From: a virus
Taxonomy: Duplodnaviria; Caudoviricetes
Virus record (IMG/VR): IMGVR_UViG_3300042478_001888
Span: 1,910-65,909 of that record
Length of the DNA: 64,000 nucleotides
Direction: 5' to 3' (one strand)
Positions 18,947 through 29,700 of this stretch are shown here, piece after piece. The notes under the pieces were generated by a model. That model did not search any database. It was given only the letters and a program-made list of their open reading frames with translations, and was not told where the DNA came from. How positions within the stretch are numbered: the stretch's first letter is position 1; every line of letters begins with the position of its first letter. Position numbers and translations under genes: made by a program.

Positions 18947-19243
18947 ATGCAACAACCAATTAACTTTTGCGACATCATGGCCCTTGGCTTCAATATTGAA
19001 AGCGGGCACGACCCTGTGTTTGAAAGAAGGCACGGCTACGAGTACAAAATCTTTACCAAGATGCTTGCCCCCACGCTGATGCTGGACTGGGATCAAGAAA
19101 CACGCCTTTGCCAACTGTTTGTAATTCGCCCCGAAGATGGGCATATCTATCAACGCATACCAGTTACCGATACCAATTCTTTGCAAACGCTTGTTAATTC
19201 TTTCAAAAAACCCGAACTTGATTCGGCCTATACGGCTTGCTAA
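18947..19243 (+). CDS. hypothetical protein
   Basis: 98-aa ORF ending at GCTAAC. Confidence 0.6.
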   Translation: MQQPINFCDIMALGFNIESGHDPVFERRHGYEYKIFTKMLAPTLMLDWDQETRLCQLFVIRPEDGHIYQRIPVTDTNSLQTLVNSFKKPELDSAYTAC

Positions 19244-19400
19244 CCCCCGATAGGGTACGGCTGCATTAGAAACCAAGCATGCAACTACCGATAGGGTACG
19301 AATTGCTAACACGAAATTAAATTGAAACAAAATGTGCATAGAAAGAGCGCTCCGCCCCGCTTTTGTGTATGCAGTGTTATAGGGCGTTATTTTAAATGAT

Positions 19401-19604
19401 ATGAATGAATTAAAACTAAGAGATTTTTTTGCTTGTCAAGTTATAAGCGAATTATTAAAAGCGGAAACAGATGATTTTAAAATGTTACACGGAAAAACAG
19501 ATGAAAATGTATTGTTTGCCAATACAGCTAAAATAGCTTACAAACTTGCAGACGCTATGCTTTATGTTAGAAAATTAAATCTTAATGAGGATGCCAACAA
19601 ATAA
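19401..19604 (+). CDS. small phage protein (LRDFFA...AYKLADAML family)
   Basis: Recognisable widespread phage motif. Confidence 0.7.
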   Translation: MNELKLRDFFACQVISELLKAETDDFKMLHGKTDENVLFANTAKIAYKLADAMLYVRKLNLNEDANK

Positions 19605-19782
19605 AGAAAAAAACAAACTGCCTTTTGATGTGCGTAAAATGTATTGTCAATCGGTTTGCATTTATCAACAAATCACTTACTATGAAATGGGTGTAATTTC
19701 AGAAATTGAATTTATTGAAGATGTTAGAAAAATAGTCAAAAAATATGAAGAGGTAAAAGATACTTCCGCACTTCTTCCATAA
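19585..19782 (+). CDS. hypothetical protein
   Basis: 65-aa AT-rich ORF within the GTTATAG/CTATAAC-bounded segment. Confidence 0.5.
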   Translation: MRMPTNKEKNKLPFDVRKMYCQSVCIYQQITYYEMGVISEIEFIEDVRKIVKKYEEVKDTSALLP

Positions 19783-19955
19783 TTGGCTATAACAGCACCC
19801 ACAATTTTTAGAACCCAAACAATTAGCCCCAGCCTTGGGGCTTTTTGTATTTTAAGTATCTCGCTTTACGCTCCGTTCTATAAATCGGCACAAAACCGAT
19901 TTGGCTGCCGATAATTTACCATTGGGCGTGTTCAGATATTGCCAGCCTGCAAAAT

Positions 19956-20018
19956 GGCACTAAACTAAAATAGTGGTTGCCGCTATTTTAGTTTAATGCC
20001 ACTAAACTAAAATAGTGG
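19956..20018. repeat. triple direct/inverted ~20-bp repeat (CACTAAACTAAAATAGTGG)
   Basis: Copies at 19956-19976 (+), 19980-20000 (-) and 19999-20018 (+). Confidence 0.85.
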
Positions 20019-20319
20019 CAAAAGTTTGTACCATTAATTCCTTCGGCGGTTTTGGTAAATCGGAAAAGTTAGGTATATTTGACTGCCAGCTTATCCGCGT
20101 TCTTTTACCTTTCATAATTTAAGCTGGCTTTTTGGTTATCCCTCCCCCCACCTTTTTTTTGATTTTGAGGTGGGGGGATTTTTTTGTTCCAAAGAAAAGA
20201 GTACATTTGTACCGCAACCCGCCTATGTTTTCATCTTCTACCTTTTAGTTCCAACAAATAGGTTTTCGGCGGGTTGTTTTTTTTTTCTTATATTTGTAGC
20301 GGAACTAAACTAATGTAAG

Positions 20320-21705
20320 ATGAATAATGTTTCAATAACGAAAACCCCAACCCCGCCGAAGAGCCGAAGAAAGGTACAAAGAACTATCTACCTACCCAAG
20401 GACATTAAACTCAAAGTAGAAGCCTTAGACATTAAGCGCTGCGACAAGGATAACATTTACAAATTCTTAATGATACTAATATCCAAGGCAAAGAAGGAAG
20501 GGGATATTTACAGGGAGGTGGCGTTAGCGTTCAACTACTTAAAGAGGGTGTTAGGGGCTGGCACTTACAAAAGGATAATAACACATTTAGAAAAGTTAGG
20601 GATAATCACTTGCGACTACTTTAAGGTTATGACACTTAATAAGAAGGGGAGGTGTTATAGGTATAAGTTAGTGTTTAAGGAGAGATATTCTAGGGATAAA
20701 GTGGTCGCGGTATCATATTCTTCTACTAAATCATCAGAAGCCTTGCAAACACAAGTGTTTCAAGAGTGGTTTGAGGGGGATTTTAAGAGTTTAGTTATGC
20801 CAATGAATGAGCTTCGGGCGATTGCGAAGCGCCGAAAGGAAAATGTAAGCCTTACCAACTGCAAAGTAGGTACTGAGATAAGGGAAAATGTAGTTGAGAT
20901 AGTCGATATTCGCACAAATTTCTCATATAGGGCGAGTAAAGAGGTGGCAATAGGCAGGGCAAACCTTCACAATCGGTTACTCATACAGGATAAATCTGCG
21001 TGTTACATAATGACTGAGGGGGAGTATTTGAGGTTCAAGCGTTCTGCGGTGGAGTTGTCGGATAGTGATGCGTTGAATAAGATAGAATCTGGGAATTTGC
21101 GAGCGGCCCGAAACACTACCAACCAAAGGTTAGACACGAACTTCACCAACTTGCCAAACGAGTTTATGGCTGAGATATGCAAGGCGAACAACTTAAAAAC
21201 CTTAGACATTGTAAATTCCCAGATAGCGTTAATGTCAAGAGTAATGCCCGACCTCAACACAGCCGATTCCGAGCTGTTTAAGAGCATTTCGGTAGATGGC
21301 ACGTTCTACGAGTCAGTTCAGCAGTTGCTAGGCTTAAAATCAAGGAAAGAGGCTAAAATCGTTTCCTTTGAAATGTTGTTTAGTGCAAGGGGCAACAGGA
21401 GTGTTTATTTGAAGCGTATGCGAGAGGTATTCCCTTCGGTAATGGCGTGGGTAGATGGGTATAAGTTGGAGCATGGGGATAATATGTTTGCGGTGATGTT
21501 GCAGAGGGAGGAGAGCAAGATATTTGTTGATGGGTTGCTCCGCCGCATTAAGGTGCTGGGGTATTTGTGTTTCACGAAGCATGACAGCATTATTTACCGG
21601 GCGGGGGATGCTGGGGAGATAGAGCGGATCGCCGAAGAATATTTTGCTGAGATAGGTTTTAAGTGCAAGTATAAAATAGAGGATTATGGTTTCGCAAGTA
21701 TTTAA
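20320..21705 (+). CDS. divergent family-A-like polymerase (TV-Pol-like), no proofreading domain
   Basis: Motif A-like LDIVNSQ, motif B-like SRKEAK...F, LQREES, motif C-like KHDSI. Confidence 0.65.
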   Translation: MNNVSITKTPTPPKSRRKVQRTIYLPKDIKLKVEALDIKRCDKDNIYKFLMILISKAKKEGDIYREVALAFNYLKRVLGAGTYKRIITHLEKLGIITCDYFKVMTLNKKGRCYRYKLVFKERYSRDKVVAVSYSSTKSSEALQTQVFQEWFEGDFKSLVMPMNELRAIAKRRKENVSLTNCKVGTEIRENVVEIVDIRTNFSYRASKEVAIGRANLHNRLLIQDKSACYIMTEGEYLRFKRSAVELSDSDALNKIESGNLRAARNTTNQRLDTNFTNLPNEFMAEICKANNLKTLDIVNSQIALMSRVMPDLNTADSELFKSISVDGTFYESVQQLLGLKSRKEAKIVSFEMLFSARGNRSVYLKRMREVFPSVMAWVDGYKLEHGDNMFAVMLQREESKIFVDGLLRRIKVLGYLCFTKHDSIIYRAGDAGEIERIAEEYFAEIGFKCKYKIEDYGFASI

Positions 21706-22339
21706 TGAGGATTGCATGGAGGTAATGGCCCGTTACCCTGACAAGTATTTTGATTTGGCCGTTGTTGACCCGCCGTATGGTATTGGTGAGGACGGGGGAA
21801 GCAATCATAGTCGCAGTAAAATCGCAAAATCAAAAATTTATACACCAAAAAACTGGGACAAAGAGCCCCCTAATAAAATGTATTTTGATGAACTTATTAG
21901 GGTTTCTAAAAATCAAATAATTTGGGGGGCAAATCATTTTATTAGCAGAATACCTTTTGATAGCAGTTGCTGGCTTGTTTGGGATAAAGAAAACGGAGAA
22001 AACGATTTTGCGGATTGTGAATTGGCTTGGACATCATTTAAGAAAGCGGTAAGAAGATATAAATTCAGGTGGGCAGGTATGCTTCAGGGCAATATGAAAG
22101 AAAAAGAAATTAGGCTACACCCAACCCAAAAGCCCGTTGCCTTATACGATTGGATTTTCAAGAACTACGCATCGCCGAATGATAAAATACTTGACACGCA
22201 TTTAGGTTCAGGCAGCAGCCGAATAGCGGCACACAAGGCGAAACTTGACTTTGTAGGCTGCGAACTTGACAAAGAATACTTTGATGCACAAGAAAAGCGG
22301 TTCAAAGATTTCTCTTCACAATTAAGGTTTGATTTGTAA
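21686..22339 (+). CDS. DNA N6-adenine/N4-cytosine methyltransferase
   Basis: VDPPY, HPTQKP and ILDTHLGSGSS motifs. Confidence 0.9.
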   Translation: MVSQVFNEDCMEVMARYPDKYFDLAVVDPPYGIGEDGGSNHSRSKIAKSKIYTPKNWDKEPPNKMYFDELIRVSKNQIIWGANHFISRIPFDSSCWLVWDKENGENDFADCELAWTSFKKAVRRYKFRWAGMLQGNMKEKEIRLHPTQKPVALYDWIFKNYASPNDKILDTHLGSGSSRIAAHKAKLDFVGCELDKEYFDAQEKRFKDFSSQLRFDL

Positions 22340-22393
22340 TTGTGAATTTACTTGTATATTTGCACTAGAATTTTTTAACTAAAACTAGATTTA

Positions 22394-23242
22394 ATGAAAC
22401 AGCCAGCTGTTATTTTCAAAACGGCCAATCCAAATGGAGGCCAGCATTATCCTGGGGTGTATTACTCTGAGGACAAGCGAATGTTTGTTTATTTATTGGG
22501 CAGGGGAACGGTAACGGAGACAAAGACCGAGACTACTGACCCCGGCATTTTGAACTCTTTGTTTCGTGCCACGTTAGACCGGAACCAGCCAATTTTAGCG
22601 GGTTCTCAGTTGCCTTATCAATTTGAGGATTTCAGTGAGGTATTGGAAAACAAGGAGGCGTTATCCTTTTTCAAGGCTTTAGCCCAGGACCCGTTGGTTC
22701 AGTGTGATGCTGACATATTGGTTGGTGGGTTGAAGAAGAAGTATTCTCCGAGGTTTATCTTAGAGATTCCCTCGCTGTATGTTAGCCGGAAGGCAACTGA
22801 CACTAAGACTAAGGCCACGATATTAGCTTCCTTTGTTGTTTTGACTGAGGATGAAAAGCGTGAGGTATGTTGGTACTTTGAGGTTGACCCAAGGGAAATG
22901 AGTGATGATGATATGCTAGTTGAGATGGCCGGGGATGGTGGCAAGTTGTATGGTGAGGAGAATGCGAAGCGTTACATCAGCAAGTTTGTAGAGACAGCTT
23001 CTTTGGGTGATGCTTACACTGCGAGGGTTATTGCCATTAAGAAGGCGATGATTATGTCTCAGTCTGACCAGGAGCCATTGGATTATCGTGAGGGCAACTA
23101 TTATCATGGGGAGACTTATGTAGGCAAGGATGTTGACACTATTTTGGCATTCTTTGATGAGAACAAGCGTTTGTTTGATTCATTGATTGGCGGGTTGGTG
23201 AGCAGCGCCGAAGAGAAAAAAACAAGAGGAAAGGCGAAGTAG
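22394..23242 (+). CDS. hypothetical protein (morphogenesis region)
   Basis: 282 aa; TATATTTG promoter motif upstream; terminator-like hairpin at 23249-23280. Confidence 0.65.
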   Translation: MKQPAVIFKTANPNGGQHYPGVYYSEDKRMFVYLLGRGTVTETKTETTDPGILNSLFRATLDRNQPILAGSQLPYQFEDFSEVLENKEALSFFKALAQDPLVQCDADILVGGLKKKYSPRFILEIPSLYVSRKATDTKTKATILASFVVLTEDEKREVCWYFEVDPREMSDDDMLVEMAGDGGKLYGEENAKRYISKFVETASLGDAYTARVIAIKKAMIMSQSDQEPLDYREGNYYHGETYVGKDVDTILAFFDENKRLFDSLIGGLVSSAEEKKTRGKAK

Positions 23243-23294
23243 GAGATATGGCCTCGGTAATAGTGCCGGGGCCTTTTTTTAAACCCTAAAGGAA

Positions 23295-23621
23295 ATGACA
23301 CAGGATTTATTTATAGAGACAATTTTAGCTTTAAAGAAGCAAGTCCGGTACGACACCAAGTTTGCTAGGAAGATAAGCAAGTTGTTTACTGACTGCCAGA
23401 TGATTGGTTACAACAATGATGTTTTAATTGAGCAGATGGTAAAGGTATTGGCTGAGCTTACTGGGGACAAGAGTGATTGGATTGGGTATTATGTTTGGGA
23501 GCTTAGCTTTGGTGATGATTGGCTGGAGGGTGCTGTAATGTTTGGGGGTAAGGACATAAAGCTCCAAACGCCCACAGACTTGTGGAATTTGTTGCAAATG
23601 GGAAAAGGGGTAAAGCCATGA
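23295..23621 (+). CDS. hypothetical phage protein
   Basis: DWIGYYVWELSFG...LQTPTDLW. Confidence 0.65.
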   Translation: MTQDLFIETILALKKQVRYDTKFARKISKLFTDCQMIGYNNDVLIEQMVKVLAELTGDKSDWIGYYVWELSFGDDWLEGAVMFGGKDIKLQTPTDLWNLLQMGKGVKP

Positions 23622-23680
23622 CCAATAAATCATTCATTAACCCTACTTTGTACCTTTAATGACGCAAAAATGATGCAAAA

Positions 23681-23917
23681 ATGAGCCAACTAATTTTAAA
23701 ATTTAACCTTCCCGAAGAAGAAACCGAGGCCAACTTTGCATTAAAGGGTGGGGAATACTTCTTGGTACTGCATGACCTTTACGAAAAGCTGAGGAACATT
23801 ACCAAATACGGAAATAACCCCTTTAACGGCAAAACAGCAAGCGAGCAAGAGATTCTACTTGCCGAGCAGATACGGGAGTATCTTTCTGAGCAAAACATTG
23901 ATGAGTTGTTGCGATAG
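23681..23917 (+). CDS. hypothetical phage protein
   Basis: LKFNLPEE...LRNITKY motif common in phages. Confidence 0.65.
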   Translation: MSQLILKFNLPEEETEANFALKGGEYFLVLHDLYEKLRNITKYGNNPFNGKTASEQEILLAEQIREYLSEQNIDELLR

Positions 23918-23935
23918 CCCAAAAACGCCGAAAAG

Positions 23936-24241
23936 ATGAAGCACATAGAAACAAAATCTGAACTAGAAGAGTTCTTAACCAACCCCTCCGCCTTTTTAGT
24001 TATTGGAGCTACATGGTGTGGCCCATGCATGCTTATGGGTCCAGCCCTAGAAAAGTATTCTGAGGGGAGGAATGTAGCCAAGATAAACATTGACAAGTGC
24101 GACAGCGACCTCGCCGAAGAGATTAAGGGTAAGTATCGTGTAATGGGAGTACCAAAGTCTATGCAATTTGAGAATGGGGAGCTTGTAAAGGACACTGTTG
24201 GCAAGCTGAGTCTGCAAGATATGGAGAGTATGTTTGGGTAA
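23936..24241 (+). CDS. trxA: thioredoxin
   Basis: ATWCGPC active site; GVP cis-Pro motif. Confidence 0.9.
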   Translation: MKHIETKSELEEFLTNPSAFLVIGATWCGPCMLMGPALEKYSEGRNVAKINIDKCDSDLAEEIKGKYRVMGVPKSMQFENGELVKDTVGKLSLQDMESMFG

Positions 24242-24277
24242 TTATCCAAATTCTTTTTTTGTATCTTTGTCTCTACT

Positions 24278-25387
24278 ATGCCAACAACCGGATTAGAATT
24301 ATCAAGGGAGTTAGACTTGCAGATTGACAAGGATTACTCCGGCTATTTAAGCCCTGCCAAGAAGAATAGGCTATTTTTAATGGCTTATATCAATTTGGCC
24401 GAAAAGAAATACAATGGTTTAGACCGGCAGCAAGTATATGATGAGCTTACTCACTTCTTAAAAGTTGACAAGGAGTATGAGATAAGAAATGGAAAGATAT
24501 ATACATCTCCGCTGCAAATTTCAGTTCTAACCTATGCGCCCGGCACATCTACCATTACGACAGTGTTGGATCATGGTTTGCTAGCTGGAGATGTTATTCA
24601 GATTAACAATGTTCAAGGGGTTCTTGGTATTTCGGGGAACTTCACCATTCAGCAGGTATTAACCCCCAAGCAGTTTACCGTTTTACAGCAGACATTTTCT
24701 GGGGTGTATGTTCCCAATACTGGGAGTGTTACCTCGGACAAGATTATTTTTGATTACCACCACTTACTGACTGTTGAGTGTATTTATGTTCGGCAGTACA
24801 TTAAGAACAACATTGTAGATGCCACCAATGCTACTCCGATAGTTATTAAGGTTGAGGGTAGGACAGATTTGCGGAGTGGGGAGAAGGTAACGATTACTGG
24901 TGTTACCGGCAACTTAACGGCGAATGGAATTTACTATTTGAAGAGGTTGTATGCTTATGAGGGGTACAGTAAGTATTCGTTGTATCAGGACAAGGATTTA
25001 ACGATTCCTGTTGCTGGCTTCGGGCCGTACAATAGTGGTGGGGAGATTAAGAAGGAGTTTGACAACTATGCTGTTCAGCGTATTTCCGACCAGAAGATTA
25101 GTATTTTCAGTGATGCTACTGTTGAGTTCCCTAAGTTTCAAGTGAGTGAGGGGTATTTGGTTTTCGAGCCGGCGCCGAACAAGATAAGAATTGACTACAT
25201 GACTGAGGGGCAGGTATCTCCCACGCCAAGGATAGACGTGAATGATGATGCCACAGACTTAGAGTTGTACTACAACAAGAAGTTTTTGGTACGGCTAGTG
25301 AACGAAGCTGCCGACCTATTCAGTTTACAACAAAGGGATTTAAGCCAGTATCAGGCACAAACCCAAGAAACCATTGAGAATCCATGA
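24278..25387 (+). CDS. tail adaptor/ring protein with inserted beta domains
   Basis: First of three coupled genes before the muzzle-like gene; HGLLAGD.I and LRSGEKV.ITGV inserts. Confidence 0.6.
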   Translation: MPTTGLELSRELDLQIDKDYSGYLSPAKKNRLFLMAYINLAEKKYNGLDRQQVYDELTHFLKVDKEYEIRNGKIYTSPLQISVLTYAPGTSTITTVLDHGLLAGDVIQINNVQGVLGISGNFTIQQVLTPKQFTVLQQTFSGVYVPNTGSVTSDKIIFDYHHLLTVECIYVRQYIKNNIVDATNATPIVIKVEGRTDLRSGEKVTITGVTGNLTANGIYYLKRLYAYEGYSKYSLYQDKDLTIPVAGFGPYNSGGEIKKEFDNYAVQRISDQKISIFSDATVEFPKFQVSEGYLVFEPAPNKIRIDYMTEGQVSPTPRIDVNDDATDLELYYNKKFLVRLVNEAADLFSLQQRDLSQYQAQTQETIENP

Positions 25388-26034
25388 AGCGTAGCGACAT
25401 ATTAGATAGATTGTCTGTGTATAAGGGTGGTGGGGTATCGACCGATGAGGCTGTACCTTCCTACCAGTATTACCTTTCGCGATTACATTCTATGCGTGAA
25501 TTTGCTTTGCGGGAGGAGTTTCGGCGTGATGGGGTTATCAACCCAGCGAATTACCAGAACCATTGGTTGGAGTATGATGAGGAGTTGAACCAAGATGATT
25601 GCCGGTTTTACCTTTTCCGCTGCCCAAGGATTTTGCAATTAACGAATCGGGATAGTGGCTTTGGGTATGTTGGGAGTGAAGATGGCATGAGCCAGTACAA
25701 TTTATTTACAAGTCCAGAGCGTTTTGCTGTTGCCCAGGGGCATAGGTTTACGAAGTTGGGCAACAAGATTTCTGCTGCGTATGATTGGGAGGAGGAGATG
25801 ATGAAGTTAAACCAGCCGGTTAAGAGGGGTTTGGTTCGGGCGGTGTTTTTAAGGCCGGAAGATGTACCTACGTTCAATGTTGATATTGATGATTATCCTT
25901 TTAGTGCGAAGGGTTTGGAGATACTTGAAGAAGCGATTTCCAAGGGCACTATAAACTATATCCTTCGGGTTCCACAGGACAAGGTATCGAATAGTAATAC
26001 CGATGCGGATTTGTTAAAAACGCCGAATAGATGA
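25384..26034 (+). CDS. tail ring/tubular protein
   Basis: RAVF..PEDV...DDYP motif; crAss-like position. Confidence 0.6.
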   Translation: MKRSDILDRLSVYKGGGVSTDEAVPSYQYYLSRLHSMREFALREEFRRDGVINPANYQNHWLEYDEELNQDDCRFYLFRCPRILQLTNRDSGFGYVGSEDGMSQYNLFTSPERFAVAQGHRFTKLGNKISAAYDWEEEMMKLNQPVKRGLVRAVFLRPEDVPTFNVDIDDYPFSAKGLEILEEAISKGTINYILRVPQDKVSNSNTDADLLKTPNR

Positions 26035-26699
26035 GATACACAACGATACCCATATCCAACGCCATATCAAGGGCGAAGATGGAATTAAACTTGGAGCATA
26101 CTCAGGAGTATGACCCTTACCTATTGATACTAGCCAACGATGCGTTAATGCACATAGGTAGTGTTGACCAGATAAGTGAGCATAGTGCGGTGTATGACAT
26201 TGTGGATAATAAGGTGGCATTACCTGCCGGCCTTGTTTCGCTTGTTGCGTTTATCTTTGTTGATGATGATGGTTGCCCTTCGACTTATGGTAGTGTTGAT
26301 GAAACTAAGATATTAAAGGGGCCGGTAGGAGGTTGGAGAGATTGGGGTTATAGCATCCAGGCCAACGATGGCGGTCAGATAGTTTTCGATTGCTCTGTGG
26401 ATTTGCCTACGGAAAAGGTAAGGCTTTTCTGGGAGGGTAGGTTGGTGGATAAGTATGGTGTGAGCTTAATGCACGAGATGGAGGAGCGTGGCGTTGCTGC
26501 GTACATTTGTTACAAGTTTGCTCGGCGCTTTCCTATGATGTATGATAGGGGGATGGTTGGCGATTTCAAGAAGGAGTGGGAAAATCAGAAGCGCTTTTTA
26601 CGTGCTGATGCTGTGGTGAATAGTTATCGTCAGTATCGCGGTAAAATACAAGATTTGTGGAATGCGTATGTTGTTTACAAGCCTTTTGGAAATAGTTAA
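26031..26699 (+). CDS. tail ring/tubular protein
   Basis: ATGA-coupled; KVALP...AAYICYK; position before muzzle. Confidence 0.55.
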   Translation: MRYTTIPISNAISRAKMELNLEHTQEYDPYLLILANDALMHIGSVDQISEHSAVYDIVDNKVALPAGLVSLVAFIFVDDDGCPSTYGSVDETKILKGPVGGWRDWGYSIQANDGGQIVFDCSVDLPTEKVRLFWEGRLVDKYGVSLMHEMEERGVAAYICYKFARRFPMMYDRGMVGDFKKEWENQKRFLRADAVVNSYRQYRGKIQDLWNAYVVYKPFGNS

Positions 26700-26701
26700 T
26701 T

Positions 26702-29700
26702 ATGGCAAATATATTACCGGTACAGCATAATATTAAGGGTACGCTAGATTTAGATAGTGAGTATGGTGACGTGCGTTCCGGGAATTATGTCGGCGCCGAA
26801 AATGTACAATTCATTAGCAAGGAAGGGAATGAAAGTATTCCCAAGCAACCTTTCATAGGAAACAAGTTCTTATTTGACAAGGGTAGAGTAGAGGTACAGA
26901 ACAAGCGGTTCCGGTTATACTTAGCCCTTGGTGATACGTTTGACTTTCAGGTGTTCGGAACGAATAATGTAACGCAACTTTCTTCTTTGTTTGTTGTTCC
27001 TTCCAACGCATCTTATGCTGCGTATAGGAGTGCTATTCAAGGCTTTTTAACGAGCGCTGGCCTAACTTCTAACATAACAATAGGTATAGACTACTTAGAC
27101 ATAGAAATAACGTCTGTGGCAACGTATGACTATCAGTTTCGTGTTTCTAATGCGAGTGCTGGTGTGAGGGTTATTATTACCCAAGAGAGCATTGCCAACA
27201 ACTTCACTGGCTTTTTGAAAGACATTGGGAGTTACGATTTGAATGGCGATTTGTTTATTTTCTCTACCCCTCAGGAAGAGTTGCCTGAAGAGGTTACTGT
27301 TTCGGGGGTGAATAGTGCTGGTGTTGTAACTACAATTGTTCCTCATGGTTTATCTGCCGGGGACGAGGTTCGTTTGGCGGGTAGCGGGGCGAATGATGGT
27401 ATTTTGTTGGTGAATGTGGTGTTGAGTGCTACTACTTTCTCGTATCACTACCCTGCCGGTGTTGCTGGTGTGGGAGGTATTATCACAAAGAATTATACGG
27501 GAGTGGGGGAGATTGGAGTTGCCCAATTTGACGAGCAGGCCGAAACGGGAACTTACACTAGATTACTAAGGAGTAAAGAGTTTGGCTTTAACACGCTACA
27601 CCAGATAGACTGCGATGGGGAGATTAACCCTTTAGGAAAATCGTTATATTTCAATCAGTACAAGTACAATCCCCCTAGGGTATTTTACTACTTAGGAAAC
27701 TATGTTTTGAATGGAGCTTTGACTTATGTGAATAGCGAGAATCGGTATGAGTATGGTACTATTGACTTGGAAACGAGGACGATATTAAACATTCAAACTG
27801 CAAAGTTAGATTTGGTAAGTGTTACTGAGGGTGGCAATGTAAAGGCTGGGAACAAACAATATTTTATTAGGTTTCTAACTTCTGAAGATGCGTTGTCTGG
27901 AACTGATTATCATGCGTTTACTGGTAATGTAAATATCTACAAGGGCTCTGATACTAGCGACCCGAATAAGATTGCAGGTAATGTTTCCGGAACGCTCACT
28001 ACCAAGAAGGTTACGTTGAGGGTTGAGAACGCTCAGCCGGAGTTGTTTGGGTATGTTGAGTTATGTGTTGCTGAGTGGTTTGGTGATGCGGTAACGTTTT
28101 CGACTGTCCGAAGGGAGGAGTTTGACGAAAGTACATTTGAGATTGAGCATAATGGTTTTGAGGTTGCCACTCCGCTTTCTACCGAGGAGGTGTTGCGGTT
28201 AAACTCATTGATTAAAAACATTGGCGGCCAGCGTATTGTGGACAATCGGTTAGTGATGCATGACATTACTTACGAAGAGCGCAAGGATTTTAGGGCTTGG
28301 GCCGAAAAGATTAACCACACAATTATCAAGGAAGAAATTACTGGTAATGGATTTGTTGAAAATAAAGTGTATGGTGGTTATCAAAACCCTCAGAACACGT
28401 TTAGGTTTGTTGGGTATAAGTGGTTTGAAACGTACAGGTTTGGTATTAGGTTGTATTTGAAGGAGGGTGGAGTTACCGAAACCTTTTGGATTGATGATAT
28501 TAAGTTTGATATTACTCCCACTAATGTAACCACGCCGAATAGAAGAGTTGGCACACCTCCCCCTAACTACGAGTTAAACGTACAAGCATTAGACGACAAC
28601 TTCTTTGTTCCGGGGGTAGAGTTTAGTAATATAGACCTAGAGTATTTGATTAACGGGGATAGGATTAAAGATGTTGTCAGCAAGATTGAGTTTATGAGGG
28701 TGGAGTTGAAAGACGACACTAAAGAGGTTTTGTTAAATGGCATGGGTATCCTGAGTTTTTATGGAATATATGAAGAGGGTTCGCATCGTTTTGGGAACTT
28801 AAACGCTACATTTAGCCAAGCTAACCCTACATATCAAGCAAGGTATCCATTCCCGTTTTTTTCTGGGCAGAACATATTTACCGTAGATGTTGGTGGTGTT
28901 CCAACTGCTCCATTTAATACAAATGGTTATAGGAACATGATTAACACTGAGGCTGCTGGTGGGCTGAAAAGGGGTATCGTTGATACATTTGGTTTATTCA
29001 TAATTTCAAATGATGTTGTTTTTGGAAAGACTGAAATAGAGCGTGCGCCTGGAGACCAGATAATAAACTTTGGGAGGCCTATGTCTGAGCCTGCCTATCC
29101 TATAAACGGCATATCTGGGAAGAATTTTATCCGAGATTTTAGGCTGTTGAATATGGGTGTTGATGGTTTGCCCGCTCCATATTTCCATGATATTGAAGAT
29201 GCAAAGATTTTGCCTAGGGATTCAAATGTTATTATGGATAGGAATGGGGTTAGCCCTGGGCCGACTTTATATGTTTCTAATGCAAAGTCTGACCAAAACA
29301 CTGGTGCTTCTTTTGATAGCTTTGAAAGGACTTATGTTTTTGAATCTAGCATAGCTATATCTTTGGTTAATTCGCTTACCTCCCCATTGCCTTCCCCAGC
29401 ACTTCCATTGTCTTTTACAAATAGCAATGAAGGTGTTTATTGGGTAAGCTATTACAGGCCGAAAGTTTACACTACTCCAGACGATTCAAAGTTTGGAGCT
29501 AGAGATAAAACGGTTTATATATCTACTGGGATAAGCAATTTAATAAATCAAAACTCCTCTGCAACAATAAGTTCCAAGGTTTTTGGGGGGGATACGTTTA
29601 TTGGTAGAATGCAGTTGAAGTTGTGGAACCACTTGACTGAAACTCAGGGGCCTGATTATATTGACGAAACTTATGCTATGTCATTTGTTTCTCAAAGTAC

